A stretch of DNA of 63,597 nt, the filler included, from Welwitschia mirabilis (lineage: Eukaryota): assembly GCA_051453625.1 (NCBI GenBank). It is 7 parts of one record of this genome, joined end to end, with 100 filler letters (N's around TTAATTAATTAA, not from the genome) between each part and the next. Parts side by side here need not be neighbours in the genome. Positions count along the whole stretch, not along the records: positions 1 to 20,323 come from JBOZIK010000001.1; positions 20,424 to 24,670 come from JBOZIK010000001.1; positions 24,771 to 44,504 come from JBOZIK010000001.1; 4 more parts are not named here. One strand, 5' to 3'. The notes under the pieces were generated by a model, which worked only from the letters and a program-made list of their open reading frames with translations, was not told where the DNA came from and did no database searches. Every line of letters begins with the position of its first letter. The first letter of the stretch is position 1. Both the position numbers and the translations under genes were made by a program. Shown one piece after another: positions 12,294 to 25,329 of the stretch.

Positions 12294-15200
12294 ATTTTCA
12301 CACAATTCCACCTTTCTTCTAAGGTAATCGATGGTGAATTTTTATTTTATCCTTTCCAGTAGTAATAGATTAGTTTGTAGACATGCTATTTACATTTTGC
12401 TAGGATTAAATTGTTTCGTTTTGCATGACTTATTCTCTCTCCATTTTCATCTTTTCAAAACCAAAGTAGATTAGTGATATTTATTGCTTGTTTTAGTCTC
12501 AACTCTTTTTCTGCAACTCCATGATTCAAAATCTTTCTTTTTCAAGGAGTTAGAACTCAAAGATAGCCTCTAAAATCCTGTTTTCAACCATTTTCAATCA
12601 TAGTTGTAGTTTTACTTAAACAAATTTCTAAATTGTTAAATCTTTACCCCCTGGATTTTGCACAATGAATTTCTCAGTTATTTTTAATGTGTTTTAGGAA
12701 ATTCAAGATTATATTTTTTTAGGAGGTTTTGAGTACTTTTAAAATATGAAATTTAGTTTTTCTCAAATTTTGTAGCTTGCTTAATATTCTTAGTCAAAGT
12801 AGGATTGATTGTAATTTTTACTATTCTTTTCTAGATGAGCTATTTTTTATTGGTTGTAATCAATTCTACTTAATCTTGAATATTGAGTTTTAAAAACTTT
12901 TTTTAGGACATATCCTGAGTATCTTGAAGGTTCTAAGATTTTCTAAGTTGATTTTTTTGAATTTTCTCTCCTTTTCTCTCTCTTCTTCATTTTTGCTCTT
13001 TCTATGGATCGAAATAATTTGAAATTAACTAAGTATTATTTTAATTTAATGAATATTCCTATGCTATATTTATCAATTAGCTGCTAATATGAAACCTAAA
13101 TTAGATGTTTTAATGCTTTTATAATTCATTTCCTGCTAAGCAAAGAGTTATCTTTCAAGTCAAATGTATCATAATTTAATGAAAATCTTATTAAAGTTAC
13201 ACTATTTGCTATGTCGATTTGAGTAATCTAGCTTCTCAAGCATTATGTTTTGATTCTAAATTATTTTACATTTTACATAGAATGGAATGAGATGTGTGAG
13301 TTACCTAATTACATCCATATGATATGAATTCCAGTAATCAACTATATATAAAAATCACAGGTAAATTTGACTGTTTAAATTCCTTTGCTTATTCACATGA
13401 GTTATAAATGATATTTAGAATCTTGCGAATGTTCATGAAAGATTACGTTTTTTTATTTTATTGTATTTCTCTTTTCACATCTTTGTGAAATTATGCTTTT
13501 ACACACATAGTGTTCATGATTATTTTAAATCATGTTTGTTTAATTAGTTGTATGTCACTTAATAGGAAGAGTTATTTTATCATATGAAGTTACAGTTTGA
13601 TAAGTCAATGTTAATATTTTTATATGAATTTTCTATCAAGTGTTTCATGGGTTCAGTACTCATGTGCTTTCATTATATATGCAATTCAACCTAGGATATT
13701 TATTTATGCTTTAATTTGAACTTTTTATACTTCATTCTCTTTTCCTAAGTTGAATTATCATGTCAAGTATACATTTCTTATTCTAAAAGCTTAGAGCGTG
13801 ATATTCTTATTTCAAAATTGAGTTTTTCTTTGTTCACTTATAAAAACACATCTTCATTAATAGGAAATGAAGGATAGGTTATGATTAAATGGATTCCACA
13901 TCTATCTATCTATCTTCAAGTCATGTTTTGCAATAGGGATAGATGTCCTTTCATAGCTACTACAATGTAGAAAGAAATTTCTAAAAATAATTAGATGAAG
14001 AAGTTTCTAGAAATAAATGAACAACTATACATGATTAAAATTTAAAAAGTAATTTCCATCAAAGCTTTTATGATTTTCTAGATTAATTGGTATTTTAAAA
14101 GAAAAGAAATACCCTATGTCATTTTAATTGGAAATCACCACAAATAACATTAATTCTTCTTGGGGGAGGGAAAAGGTATTATTATTAATGTTAACAGATT
14201 GGAAAGGAAAATATGTGATAAACTTCTTAATTCATTTGAAGTAACTTCTCTTGAAGTAGCTAAGAACAAGATGAATTTCTACTACATTATTTTTAGCTAA
14301 ACTCATTAAATGTATTCATTTATCTTTTTATATGGTCTTGTCTTTAAAGAAAATTATGAATTAAAAGAGACAAAGTTTCAAATGGGCATAAGGTAAAAAA
14401 AGAAAAAAAGAAAAATCTATAACAAACATATCTAGAGAGTCTTTAGCTTCCTAAGTCACCATAAGATTAAAAAAATACTAAACCTATTAAGAAAATAAAT
14501 ATGATATGTGTTAGTAATGTTATCTACTATAGATCCATCCATATTCATAAAATCCTAGTGCCATGGATGAAGCTCATATTACATAGGTTCTTTGATAACC
14601 ATAATACACTTTACATTTAGTCATGAAATTTTCAATTCTTTTCTTAATTTTTTTCATTTTTTCCCATTCTTTTTCTTTTTCTTAAACTATCTTCTTTGAG
14701 TTGAACCTCTTTTTTCTTTTAAATTTCTCCTATTTTTATAAAATTTTTCTCTTATCCTAACTTATTTAAAATTAATAATAATATGCTAAGCTAAATCTCC
14801 TTTATAGCAAGGTTTAAAGGCTTCTAAAATAGGCTACTTTATCATGTACATTTTCTCTTTGAGTAACTCTAAAGTTTTCTAACTTGAATTTTTATCATTT
14901 CTTCTTAAAAATCTAATAAAACATAGTTTTATGGTCTTTTCCTTATTTTTCCTCTTCATCTTTTAGGATTTATAAGATAATAAGATAAAACTCTATGGCA
15001 CTATTTTTAGTAATTTCATTTTTATCCTATGTTTCAATTAGAGATAAGAGCACAATATTTACATATAGTGTTGTGACTTTTTGAAGAAATTCTTTGTGTT
15101 ACTTATCCAACTGATTTGACAGCAATTCCATTTGTGTAATGAAACCCTCCACTAAAGTTTGAAGATGATTTCTTTTTGAAACCATCATTTCTAATTCAGC

Positions 15201-15527
15201 TTATTTGGCACTGTGACTCTTTTCATCTTTCCTTTTTTTTTAATTTTAATAAAATAAGAAACCTATAATTTCTACTACTTTCTCTTTTCTTCTTATTACT
15301 TCCTTCTTCCTAGGAATTTGGAAAATATAACTTTAATTTCCTATAATAAGGCAAAATCAGAGACTAATTATCAATTTGAAAGAAAATCTAATGATCTTAA
15401 AGTAAAGTCTTTATAAGGCTCCAAACATTTCATAAAAGAACTAACATTATTTATAGGGGAATTACACCTTCACCTTATTTCTTATATCATCCTCAATTTG
15501 ACATTTCATATCAATAATAGTAAGAAG

Positions 15528-15573
15528 CCTATGATTGAAAAGAGTATTAACCTATGATTGAAAAGAGTATTAA
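15528..15573 (+). repeat. Perfect 23-bp tandem duplication
   Basis: CCTATGATTGAAAAGAGTATTAA x2. Confidence 0.9.
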
Positions 15574-16522
15574 GACATAATGCCTTACTTTTATTAATTA
15601 ATAATTTAGTTCAATAGTTACTAGTATCTGATTAAGATGTACTAAAGTTTTTTAACATAATGTAATTATAGTATCAATTTTAGTATTTACAAATGTGATC
15701 GTGTTCTATATGATGCAATAATACTATTAGATTTGGTATTGAATTTTTTTTACAATAGATAACAAATAATTAAACTACATAGATAAATAAATAAAAAAAT
15801 ATACTTGGAATAAAGATAAGGAAAAAAGAAAGAAATAACATGTCAAGATGCAACCCTAATTACTAGATATGATTTTTAAATGATTAATATCTTAATTAGT
15901 AAAAATAACTAATAAAAATAATATGTAATTAATAGTTAATAAAACAAGAATGTAATTATTTTTGACTTAGTTATGTAATATCTTTTACTCATATACATTG
16001 TATTTTTTAGTAGTTTAATAAAATTAATGCTTTCATTTTTTCAAGTTTGTATGAGGTACCTCTTATTCTATATGACTATAAATGTAGTAAAGTTAATGCC
16101 ATTTGGCATAAATCAATCTATAAATTTAGGCATAATAGTATCCATTTCATTACAAGAAGACATGAAGTAATAGGAAGAATAGGTAACACCACCTATTAGT
16201 AATGTAGAAAAAGAGGAATAGAAAATTTTCATAACATACAAAAATGATAGGAAGCCTAAGCTCATCATAGAAGTAATTCTTTTCTTTACAGAAAACTATT
16301 ATGGAATAACCTTATTGAAAAAGTTTATTCTTAACTTTTAAAGTGCTATATCCTTTTGGTACTATTTGGTAGTTCTCTTATTTTGTTTTTCTTTAGTCTT
16401 GACTACTAGACAAATATTAGGANNNNNNNNNNNNNNNNNNNNNNNNNNNNNNNNNNNNNNNNNNNNNNNNNNNNNNNNNNNNNNNNNNNNNNNNNNNNNN
16501 NNNNNNNNNNNNNNNNNNNNNN

Positions 16523-18793
16523 AAACATTCATTATCCATTGTTGTTGTTCATACTCCCTTTAATTTAATTCTCTCTTTAAAGGCATGTTATTTGTTATGA
16601 GGTTAAATAAAAGGGCATACCAATTTTGTATGTCTCATCAAGTTCAATATTTCAAAGCCTAATATCTTAACCATAATAGCAACTGTAACTATTATGGATG
16701 TTATCATCAGTAAGTGCATTCTTTGGTTTCCTCCCTTCCTAGCATGAGTACCATTTGGAAGTTAGTCTCTTTATAATATCTTTTTTCTTTGACATTGCAT
16801 GCATGTAGATGGTATATGAATTATGAATTAGTTCAGAAATCTTTTAATTCATTTGATTGAAAAATATCAAAACACTCGAAAGCACTTATAATTATAGACT
16901 ATAGCTTTTGACCATCTTTAACTTTCAAGATTCTTTAGAAATAGCCATGTAGACTACCATTAAAGAAGATCTATGCATTAAGAAATAATATGAAAATATT
17001 AGTTTCTTCAAGTTAAGAGAAATGTAGTCAGACAAATGCATTTCAAAAAATATTTAAATCATAGCAATAAGAAAAGATGTACTAGAAGCTATGAATATAG
17101 CATTAGACTAAAGCTTCTAAACAATGCATAGTGGCACATCTTACTAAGGTTTGGAAATCTAATTTATCTACCTTGAAAGCCTACAATACACTCTACTACC
17201 TCCTCTAGATGTAAGAACATTTTTAAGTGACACAGTCTGGCAAATAAAGCATGACAATGTGCATGATCATGAGCAGGTATTTCTATGTATTCTATACAAG
17301 TTTAGGTTCAAGATATTCCTCTTTTTTGTGGTGTTCATATTGGTAATGCCATTTTTCATGGTATTTCTATTATTGAAGAAAAATATTTTTCTAATCAATA
17401 AGATGATGAAGTACATCTAAATACATCCTTATCCTTTGAAAAGTTCAATGTGTTTAACCCATGTCAATCCTACTGCACAAATGGCAAATAGTTGTTGTTT
17501 CATCCAAATCTTTATGTATCAAAACCATAATTCTTTCTAGTTACTTATGCTTATATTTTTCATGTTTACTTAGTCAACTTTAAATTGGCATTTTATTTTT
17601 TGGCTATGATCCATTATCAAATATCATATCCAAAAGTAATGATCTATGATCTAAATTTGTATTTCATTACTTGTTATAAATTGGGAAATAAATTTAGTAG
17701 TTAAGAGAGAGGGTAATCAAAAAGGAATTATAAGTTATAGGCTTTACTTAGTAAGAAATATCAAGGCCTAAAATTTATATGCTACTGCCTCCTTTTTCAT
17801 CTTTATTATGACCACTGTAAAAGATAGTGATTCTATGTGATACTAAAAAGAACAGAAAGAGATTTCAATATAAGGCACAGGTACTTCTCTTATAATAAGG
17901 TCAATGGGCCTACAAAATAGCTATAAATCTAAGCTACACTACTGAATCTCTATATAGCAATGTCTTTAAGATGTTGTTATTGTTTAAATTATGGCCTTGT
18001 AACCTCAAAATGCTAACAAGAAGAGATCCATCAAAAACGGATGCTACTTATTTTGCAAAATATTATTTGCAGAGAAAAGAGTTATGTTGCATGCCATCAT
18101 TGATGTAAAAAAGACACTGCATGCTACTATTAAAAGCTTAAAACTGGTATTAGAAAGGATAAAGCTCATAAATTTAGAAAGGAAAACCATTACAGATTCA
18201 ACCATTCTTGAATAGTTGGTTATCATCTGTATCCATTTCCATCCAAATCCCCTCTACATAAATTATTCTATATTTAATTCTTATGTATAATGTGCATTTT
18301 AATTAAAAATTTGAATACATTTATTAAATTTTTTTGAGCATTTTCAATCCACTACAACACTGTAATTTTTGAGAAACCTTGTTGTTTTGGTTATCTTATT
18401 TTCATTTTAAAAATAGTAGTAATGTTTTTTCTGCTTCTAATATTGAATCTCATATAATTCATTTACCCAATATTTCTTGAAATTCATATGTATCCTTTGT
18501 ATCTTTCAAATCATTTTTTTTTAATAAAACCTTTAATAAATATTTTTTAAAAGGCTAATTTATTTTTTTGATAATTAAACCATCAATTGATAGATCTTTC
18601 AAGAAGAAACTTTATTCGTATCTTTTTGGTGTCAACTGAATATAGTCTACTTTATTACCCATTTATTATTTTAAATTTAAGGTTAATTTACTAATTATTA
18701 TTAGTTCTTACATTTTCACATTATTTATGTGGGTTATTGGGCTTTAGCTACATAATTAGGTTCTCACAAAAAACCTACATTTGATATCAGAGT
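16523..18793 (+). mobile_element. Long Copia 5' LTR copy 2 (16523-18779, start hidden by a gap) with PBS-Met (18782-18793)
   Basis: Ends CCTACA, followed by TT-TGATATCAGAGT (decayed TGGTATCAGAGC) and then a Copia gag. Confidence 0.85.
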
Positions 18794-18924
18794 GACAAAT
18801 TAGAAATTAAGTTTTAGGGCATAAATAGGCAACAATAATAGGATAACTTGAAATAATAAGAAATTAGTTATGTGGCAAAAATATAAGTCATACATAATCT
18901 AGATGATCATATAACACAATCAGA

Positions 18925-20322
18925 ATGGACAAAGCAATGATTCTAGACTTTAATCTAGAAAACTATGACATTTGAAAGGTTAGGAGGGAAAGGTACCTTA
19001 AATCAAAAGGATTGTGGAACAAAATGCAAATAGATTTTAATCTAATTTTACATCTAATCATAGATAAGAATGAAAATGAGTATGACAGAGAAAAATTAGA
19101 TAACAGTAAGGTAATGATGATTATACACACAGTCATGCAAATTCTAAGTTAAAAAATATTCAACATTATATGAGTGCATTCAAACTTTGAAATAGTTTAT
19201 ATATTGTTTACAAGTATTACGCAAAGGTGAGAGAGGTAAAAATACAATATTTGAGGGCATAATTCAAAAATAGCAAAATGAAAACAAGTGAGGGAGCATA
19301 AGAATAGGTACAACGCATTTAAGATATTGTAAAGAAAATTAAGAACCAATGATAAATAATATTATAAAAAGATAAGGTGTCGAAAATCTTGAAAACTTTA
19401 ATTCAAATCTATGATCAAATTTAAATAACAATAGAAAATTTCATGGATCTAAACACTCTTTCATCTAATGAGTTAACAAGTAGATTAGCATAATATGAGT
19501 TAATATTAAAGGAAAGGAGAAAGAAATATCCTAAGGTAGTTATCACAAGTAATTAGGAGTTAACTACAGAAGAAGCTAATATAGCAAATAGGAAGTTTTA
19601 ACACACACAAGGAATAGGAACAAATTTTAGAGGAAGGTATTTCAGAGGAAGAGGTAGAGAACAAAGTCCATCACATTTCCAAATAAATAATTAAGAAATG
19701 AAACAACCTCTTAAACATAACAATTAACAGCAACAATACATAAGAGGTTAAGTATTTCAAAACAAAAGAGGAAGGGGAACTTCATAAAATCAAAATAAAA
19801 AACAATGGACTACATAAGAAATTTATAGAAAACCATTAGTGTGTCACTAGTGTTAAAAATTAAGACACCCATGGAAAATTTATAGGTCACAAGTGAGAGA
19901 TTATGAAATTCTAATGTAATTTTTTATAGCAAAAAATCCATAAAAGGAAAGCAATGAGTAATGTGAAACTTCATAACAAGAACAAGATCATCCATCATTC
20001 ATCACAATTATTAGGAAAGGCAAGAAAGAATCAGAAGAAATTTGCATTATTAGCCTCAAATGAAAATTCATGGTATTTAGATGTTGGTTGTTCACATCAC
20101 ATGACATCTTAAAAAAATTGATTTTAAACACTCAAAACCTTTGATGAAGGTCCAGTAAAATTTAGAGAAGGAGAAATTTTTAAGATTAATGGAAAAGAAA
20201 CCATTATTATTAAGGATGAAAGGGATAAGAAAATCACCTTTGATGATGTTTTATATGTACCAAGGTTGAAATACAACTTGATTAGCCTTGGTCAATTAGA
20301 ACATAAAGATTTTGAGGTGAAA
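18925..20322 (+). pseudogene. Degenerate Ty1/Copia gag-protease
   Basis: NLENYDI*KVRRERYLKSKGLW (gag N-terminus); decayed zinc knuckle VCH*C*KLRH near 19840; protease SWYLDVGCSHHMT near 20070; DVLYVPRLKYNLISLGQL. Cut by a gap. Confidence 0.88.
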
Positions 20323-20367
20323 TNNNNNNNNNNNNNNNNNNNNNNNNNNNNNNNNNNNNNNNNNNNN

Positions 20368-20379
20368 TTAATTAATTAA
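20368..20379. other. Assembly linker TTAATTAATTAA inside an N run (also 24715-24726, 44549-44560, 46285-46296, 55984-55995, 60510-60521)
   Basis: The identical 12-mer is centred in six roughly 100-bp N blocks and gives stop codons in all six frames. It is not biological sequence. Confidence 0.95.
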
Positions 20380-20423
20380 NNNNNNNNNNNNNNNNNNNNN
20401 NNNNNNNNNNNNNNNNNNNNNNN

Positions 20424-20656
20424 AGATTAGTCTTGCATCGTTATTTTAATTCATGCATTGCAATTTAAATTCAATAGATTAAGTTACACATTTCATTTCT
20501 AAAATCAACTCTTTATTATCTATACCCTTGGCATTCGATGGAATTACGACATTCGGATCACTCCGTCTATATTAGCGTGTTGTATTTTACATCTTATTGA
20601 TAATTAACAGGATTGAATTTGAAACATGAACTATTGCACAAATACACACCGCAACA
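20424..20656 (+). mobile_element. 3' end of a young Athila-like LTR
   Basis: Ends ...CACACCGCAACA, the inverted complement of the family start TGTTGCG. Reverse-complement homolog of 55738-55939. CpG-rich. Confidence 0.8.
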
Positions 20657-20873
20657 GTTATTTACATTATCATGTTTAGGTATTTGTATTTAAAAGGAGG
20701 TCTTATGTGAGAGATATGTATCATCAGATTGTTATGTTATGATTTAAGAATAAATAAATATTTTATGAGTTTATTAAAATTTGCAAATACATTTATGATT
20801 ATTTATTCTTATGGAAAATCTTATATTATGTGCTAGATATTTTATCTTTCTTTGTAAGATTTTTTTCTGAGAA

Positions 20874-20900
<27 letters not shown>
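20874..20900. repeat. (AT)n microsatellite abutting a SIRE LTR start
   Basis: About 13-14 AT units directly before TGTTGAGAGC. Confidence 0.9.
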
Positions 20901-20905
<5 letters not shown>

Positions 20906-22290
20906 AGAGCCCATTGTCATTGATTAATTTAATGAGTTTTTTGTAAGTTAGTCTTTTGTGCAGGTCTTTTCTAGAACTAGGCAACCGATGTATGATATCG
21001 GGTAACCGAATTATCAAGAACTGTAAACATTGCTTCAGAGTCAGGTGACCGCACTTTATATTCCGGGAGATCGAAAACTGACCGGTTAACACATGGGCGA
21101 CTGCCATAAAAATATGGGCGACCACATTTCATTCAGACTGATATAACCTGCTATAGTTATGGGCGACCGCAGATATGCATATGGGTGATCGTACAACATG
21201 CGGTGAACTACATCTTGCTAGAAACACAGCGACTATACAACATGCAGTGAACTTCAACCTGCTAGAAACATGGGTGACCGCAGATCTTCATAGGGATGAC
21301 CACACGATATGAAGTGAGCTCCAACCAGATAGACATATGGGCAACTGTAGATGTTTAGATGAATGACCTCGCGATGCACAGTAAGAATTCTACTAATAGC
21401 AGTATGGACGACCTACCATTATTATACCGGCGATCTGAATAAGGGCAACCGAGTGTTTTCATGAGGGAGACCAAACCTGCACCATATCTTGTTCTGAGAA
21501 AATCTACAAGAAAACAGGGTAACCGAATGTTATAATAAGGGCAACCACATTTGGCAGTCAACCTAATACAATAACAAGTCGACCGTGTGATGAAAATAAT
21601 ATTCATTATGAACATAACGATCCCTTAGAAAATTGCAATGGTTATTTCCCTTGTGAGAAAATAATAATATGTTTTATCTCTAGTATAAAAGCTTTTCTCT
21701 AAACACTACAGGGATTAGCAAGATCATTGTAACATCCCAGATTGAACAAGGATTGAAACACTCTCTGCTAGCACATCTGAACTTCTCAAAAAATTTTAGA
21801 TCTCTATTGTACTTGCATCATTACATCATCTTGTGAAGAATATTACTGCACCATAGAGGACACATTTGTGCTTTAATGCATCCTTCTCTTTATCATTCAT
21901 TCTTAGTTGAGGATAAGCCACAAAATCCTCATTAATTATGAAAGGTTATTTGGTGAGCCTGAAAACCAATCTTGTGAGCTAATACATGTCAGCTAGAATA
22001 AGGAGTCTACAAAGCTGAAAGGTGGTGTCTGTCCACCATTACATACCTTGTTTTAGTATTTCTTTTCATATTGGTTTTTGCAGGGTGTGATCAACAAGTA
22101 GATAGAAGTTCAAAACAGACCTATTCACTCCCCCTCTAGGGTTGATCCTCAGTTCTCAAATGGTATTAGAGCTAGGTTGAGCAATAGATTCTAACAGATC
22201 TCTGCTCCTCTTATCCCTAGAAAATAAGTCAACCCACTGAAGGAAATTCTGTCACCAGACCTCCCTTCTTTGATGGAATAAATTATGATT
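20901..22290 (+). mobile_element. Ty1/SIRE-like unit A: LTR (about 20901-22158), PBS (22161-22172), start of gag
   Basis: The LTR has internal tandem repeats, TATAAAA at 21684 and the SIRE-type ATTCACTCCCCCTCTAG near its 3' end. PBS is TGGTATTAGAGC. gag reads SQPTEGNSVTRPPFFDGINYD, then a gap. Confidence 0.85.
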
Positions 22291-22390
22291 NNNNNNNNNN
22301 NNNNNNNNNNNNNNNNNNNNNNNNNNNNNNNNNNNNNNNNNNNNNNNNNNNNNNNNNNNNNNNNNNNNNNNNNNNNNNNNNNNNNNNNNN

Positions 22391-24670
22391 TGCTTCATAG
22401 TTAGGCAACTGCCATAAAAATATGGCTGACCACATTTCATTCAGACTGATATAATCTGATGCAATTACAGGTGACTGTAGATATGCATACGAGCGACCAT
22501 ATAGCATACAGTGAACTTTATCCTACTAAAAACATGAGTGACCACAGATATGCATACGAATGATCGTACAACATGCGGTGAACTCCAACCTTCTAGAAAC
22601 ACGGGTGATGGCAGATATGCATACGAACAACCATATAATATGTGGTGAAATTCAACTTGCTAGAAATATGTGTGAACACTGATATACATAAGGAAGACCA
22701 CACGATATGTAATGAGCTGCAACCAGATAGACATACAGATGACTGTAGGTGTTTAGATGGGTGACCTCATGATGCACAACAAAAATCCTACTAACAGTAG
22801 TACAGGTAACCTACCATAACTACAAGGGTAACCTAGATAAGGGCAACTGAGTATTTTCATGAGGGAGACCAAACCTACACCATATCCTGTACTGAGAAAA
22901 TCTACAAGAATAAAAGGCGATCAAACTTTATAATAAGGGCAACCACATTTGGCAGTCAACCTAATATAACGAAGGGTCGACCATGCAATGGAAAATAGTA
23001 TCCGTTATGAACACAATGGTTCCTTAAAAAAGTGTAAAAGTTCCTTGAAAAATTGCAATAGTTCTTTGCCTTATGAGAAAATGATCATATGTTTCATCTC
23101 TAGCACATCTGAACTTCTCAAAAAGTTTAGATCTCTATTGTACTTGCATCATTACATCATCTTGAGAACAATATTGTTGCACCATAGAAGACACATCTGT
23201 GCTTTATTGCATCCTTCTCTCTATCCTTTATTCTTGGTTAAGGATAAGCCACAAAATCCTCATTGGTTATGAAAGGTTATTTGGTGAGCCTGAAAACCAA
23301 TCTTGTGAGCTAATACATGCCATCTAGGACAAGGATTTTACAATGCTGAAGGGTGGTGTCTATACACCATTTCATACCTTGATTTAATATCTCTTTTCAT
23401 ATTGGTTTTTATAGGTTGTGATTAACAAAGAGACAGAAGTTAGAAACGAACCTATTCTCCCCCCTCTAGGGTCAATCCTTATTTGTCAATTGGTATCAAA
23501 GCTATTTTAAGCAATAAATCCTAATAATCTCTGCTCTTTTTATCCCTAGAAGATGAATCAGGCCACTGAAGAAAATTCTGTCATCAGACCTCCCTTTTTC
23601 GATGGAATAAATTATGGTTATTAGAAAGCAAAGATGAGATATTTGTTTAATACATTGACCTGGAAATCTGAAAGTCTATTATTAATGGATATTATTCTCC
23701 TACTGTGCAGGATCTAATTACCAAGCTGGCAACTCCAAAGAGTAGGGACAAATGTATGCCAGATAAGAAACAAGCTGCAACATACAAATTCAATAGGCCC
23801 AGAAGATTTTAAAAGAATGGTAAACTATACCACTACCAAAGAATCATGGGATATTCTAGAAACTGCTTATAAAGAAATAGATCTAGTAAAGCAAGCTAAG
23901 TTTCAAATGCTGATCACCCAGTTCGAGGACCTAAGGATGGAAGATGATGAAGGTATAAATGACTTCTTTGCAAAACTTATAGAATTGTAAATTCTATGCA
24001 TGGTTTAGGTGAATTAACAGATGACTCAAGAGAAGTTTACAAAGCCTTGAGGTCTCTGCCAAAAAGGTTTGAGTCAAAAGTGACCGCTATAAAAAGCAAG
24101 AATTTAAACATCATGAAGCTTAATGAACTCCAAGTGTAGCTCCATACTTTTGAGCTAAAATTTGGAAAGAAAAAATAGAAGAGTATGACACTTTCTTCTA
24201 CATATGATGCTGTCAAAATTAAGGATGGTTCTGACATAGAACCAGAGAGTGATGATGAAGTATCCCTATTAGCCAGAAGGTTTAGACTCTTCATGCAGAG
24301 ATGATAAGGTGGAGCTCAATCTAAAAAACCACCAAGAAGGAAAGACGAAGAACTTCATTCGATTCAATGTTATTCCTATAAAGGTTTTGGTAAAACCTCA
24401 AATGTATGCCCAAATAATAGATAGGATGACAAAAGAAAGGAAAATAAAGTCCTATCTACAACATGAAATGACGATAAAAGTGAAAATGAACAAAACTCAA
24501 ATTCATAACATGGTGGTATCTCTCTCATGGAAATCATTAATGAAAAGGTATGTTCTACTTCTCACATTAATTCTGTTATAAGTGAAGATTTACTTAATGA
24601 TGTCGAATTAGAATTATATTTGGAATACCAAAATCTAGCTTTTAGACTAAACCAACTTAAAAAAAAAAAA
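22391..24670 (+). mobile_element. Ty1/SIRE-like unit B: LTR (to 23488), PBS (23491-23502), degenerate gag (23553-24670)
   Basis: The LTR is homologous to unit A and PBS is TGGTATCAAAGC. gag reads MNQATEENSVIRPPFFDGINYGY*KAKM, VKQAKFQMLITQFEDLRMEDDE, KALRSLPKRFESKVTAI, with knuckle remnant QCYSYKGFGKTSNVCP. Confidence 0.88.
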
Positions 24671-25329
24671 NNNNNNNNNNNNNNNNNNNNNNNNNNNNNN
24701 NNNNNNNNNNNNNNTTAATTAATTAANNNNNNNNNNNNNNNNNNNNNNNNNNNNNNNNNNNNNNNNNNNNGTATATGTTTATGAAACATGTCAATCGTCC
24801 ATTACTTGCTACTACTTTGTCTGTCCTTATCTCTATGCATCATGTTTTCCATGGTGATAACCTATGGATCTTATAAATTTTCTACATTAAATGTGCTCTC
24901 TCCTTCCTTCTTATCCTTTAATGCCCTATTTTTTCGATATGTGTTAAAATGTCCTCACTTTATGCATAGTTTTACTCCTCCATTAACTTGGTATGAAGGC
25001 TACCAAAGTAAATCACATTGAGTGTAGACTCAATTTGTAACTAGTTGTCTCACCACAACTGTTAGCATTTTGTTCATAAATCATTCTTGAAGATACATTT
25101 CTTATTAACCTTGACATTCTTATCCCTCTCACGATGCAATATTTCTAAATTATCAACATCCTTTACAATTGTGTTATAGTCTCTCTTCCACGTGCTCCTC
25201 CTTTCATGTGCACATTATCATCCTCATCATGAACCAATGTATGAGTTGCAAACTTTGTTTAAAGAATCCTTGTGTGGAATGATCACATAATTTAATAGGT
25301 CAGAGACAGTGGCATAATCAGTTAATTAA

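Noticed and set aside
21090-22750. CRISPR-like repeat-spacer array
   Set aside because: The units are contiguous degenerate tandem repeats within SIRE LTRs, with no unique spacers and no cas genes, in a eukaryotic context.
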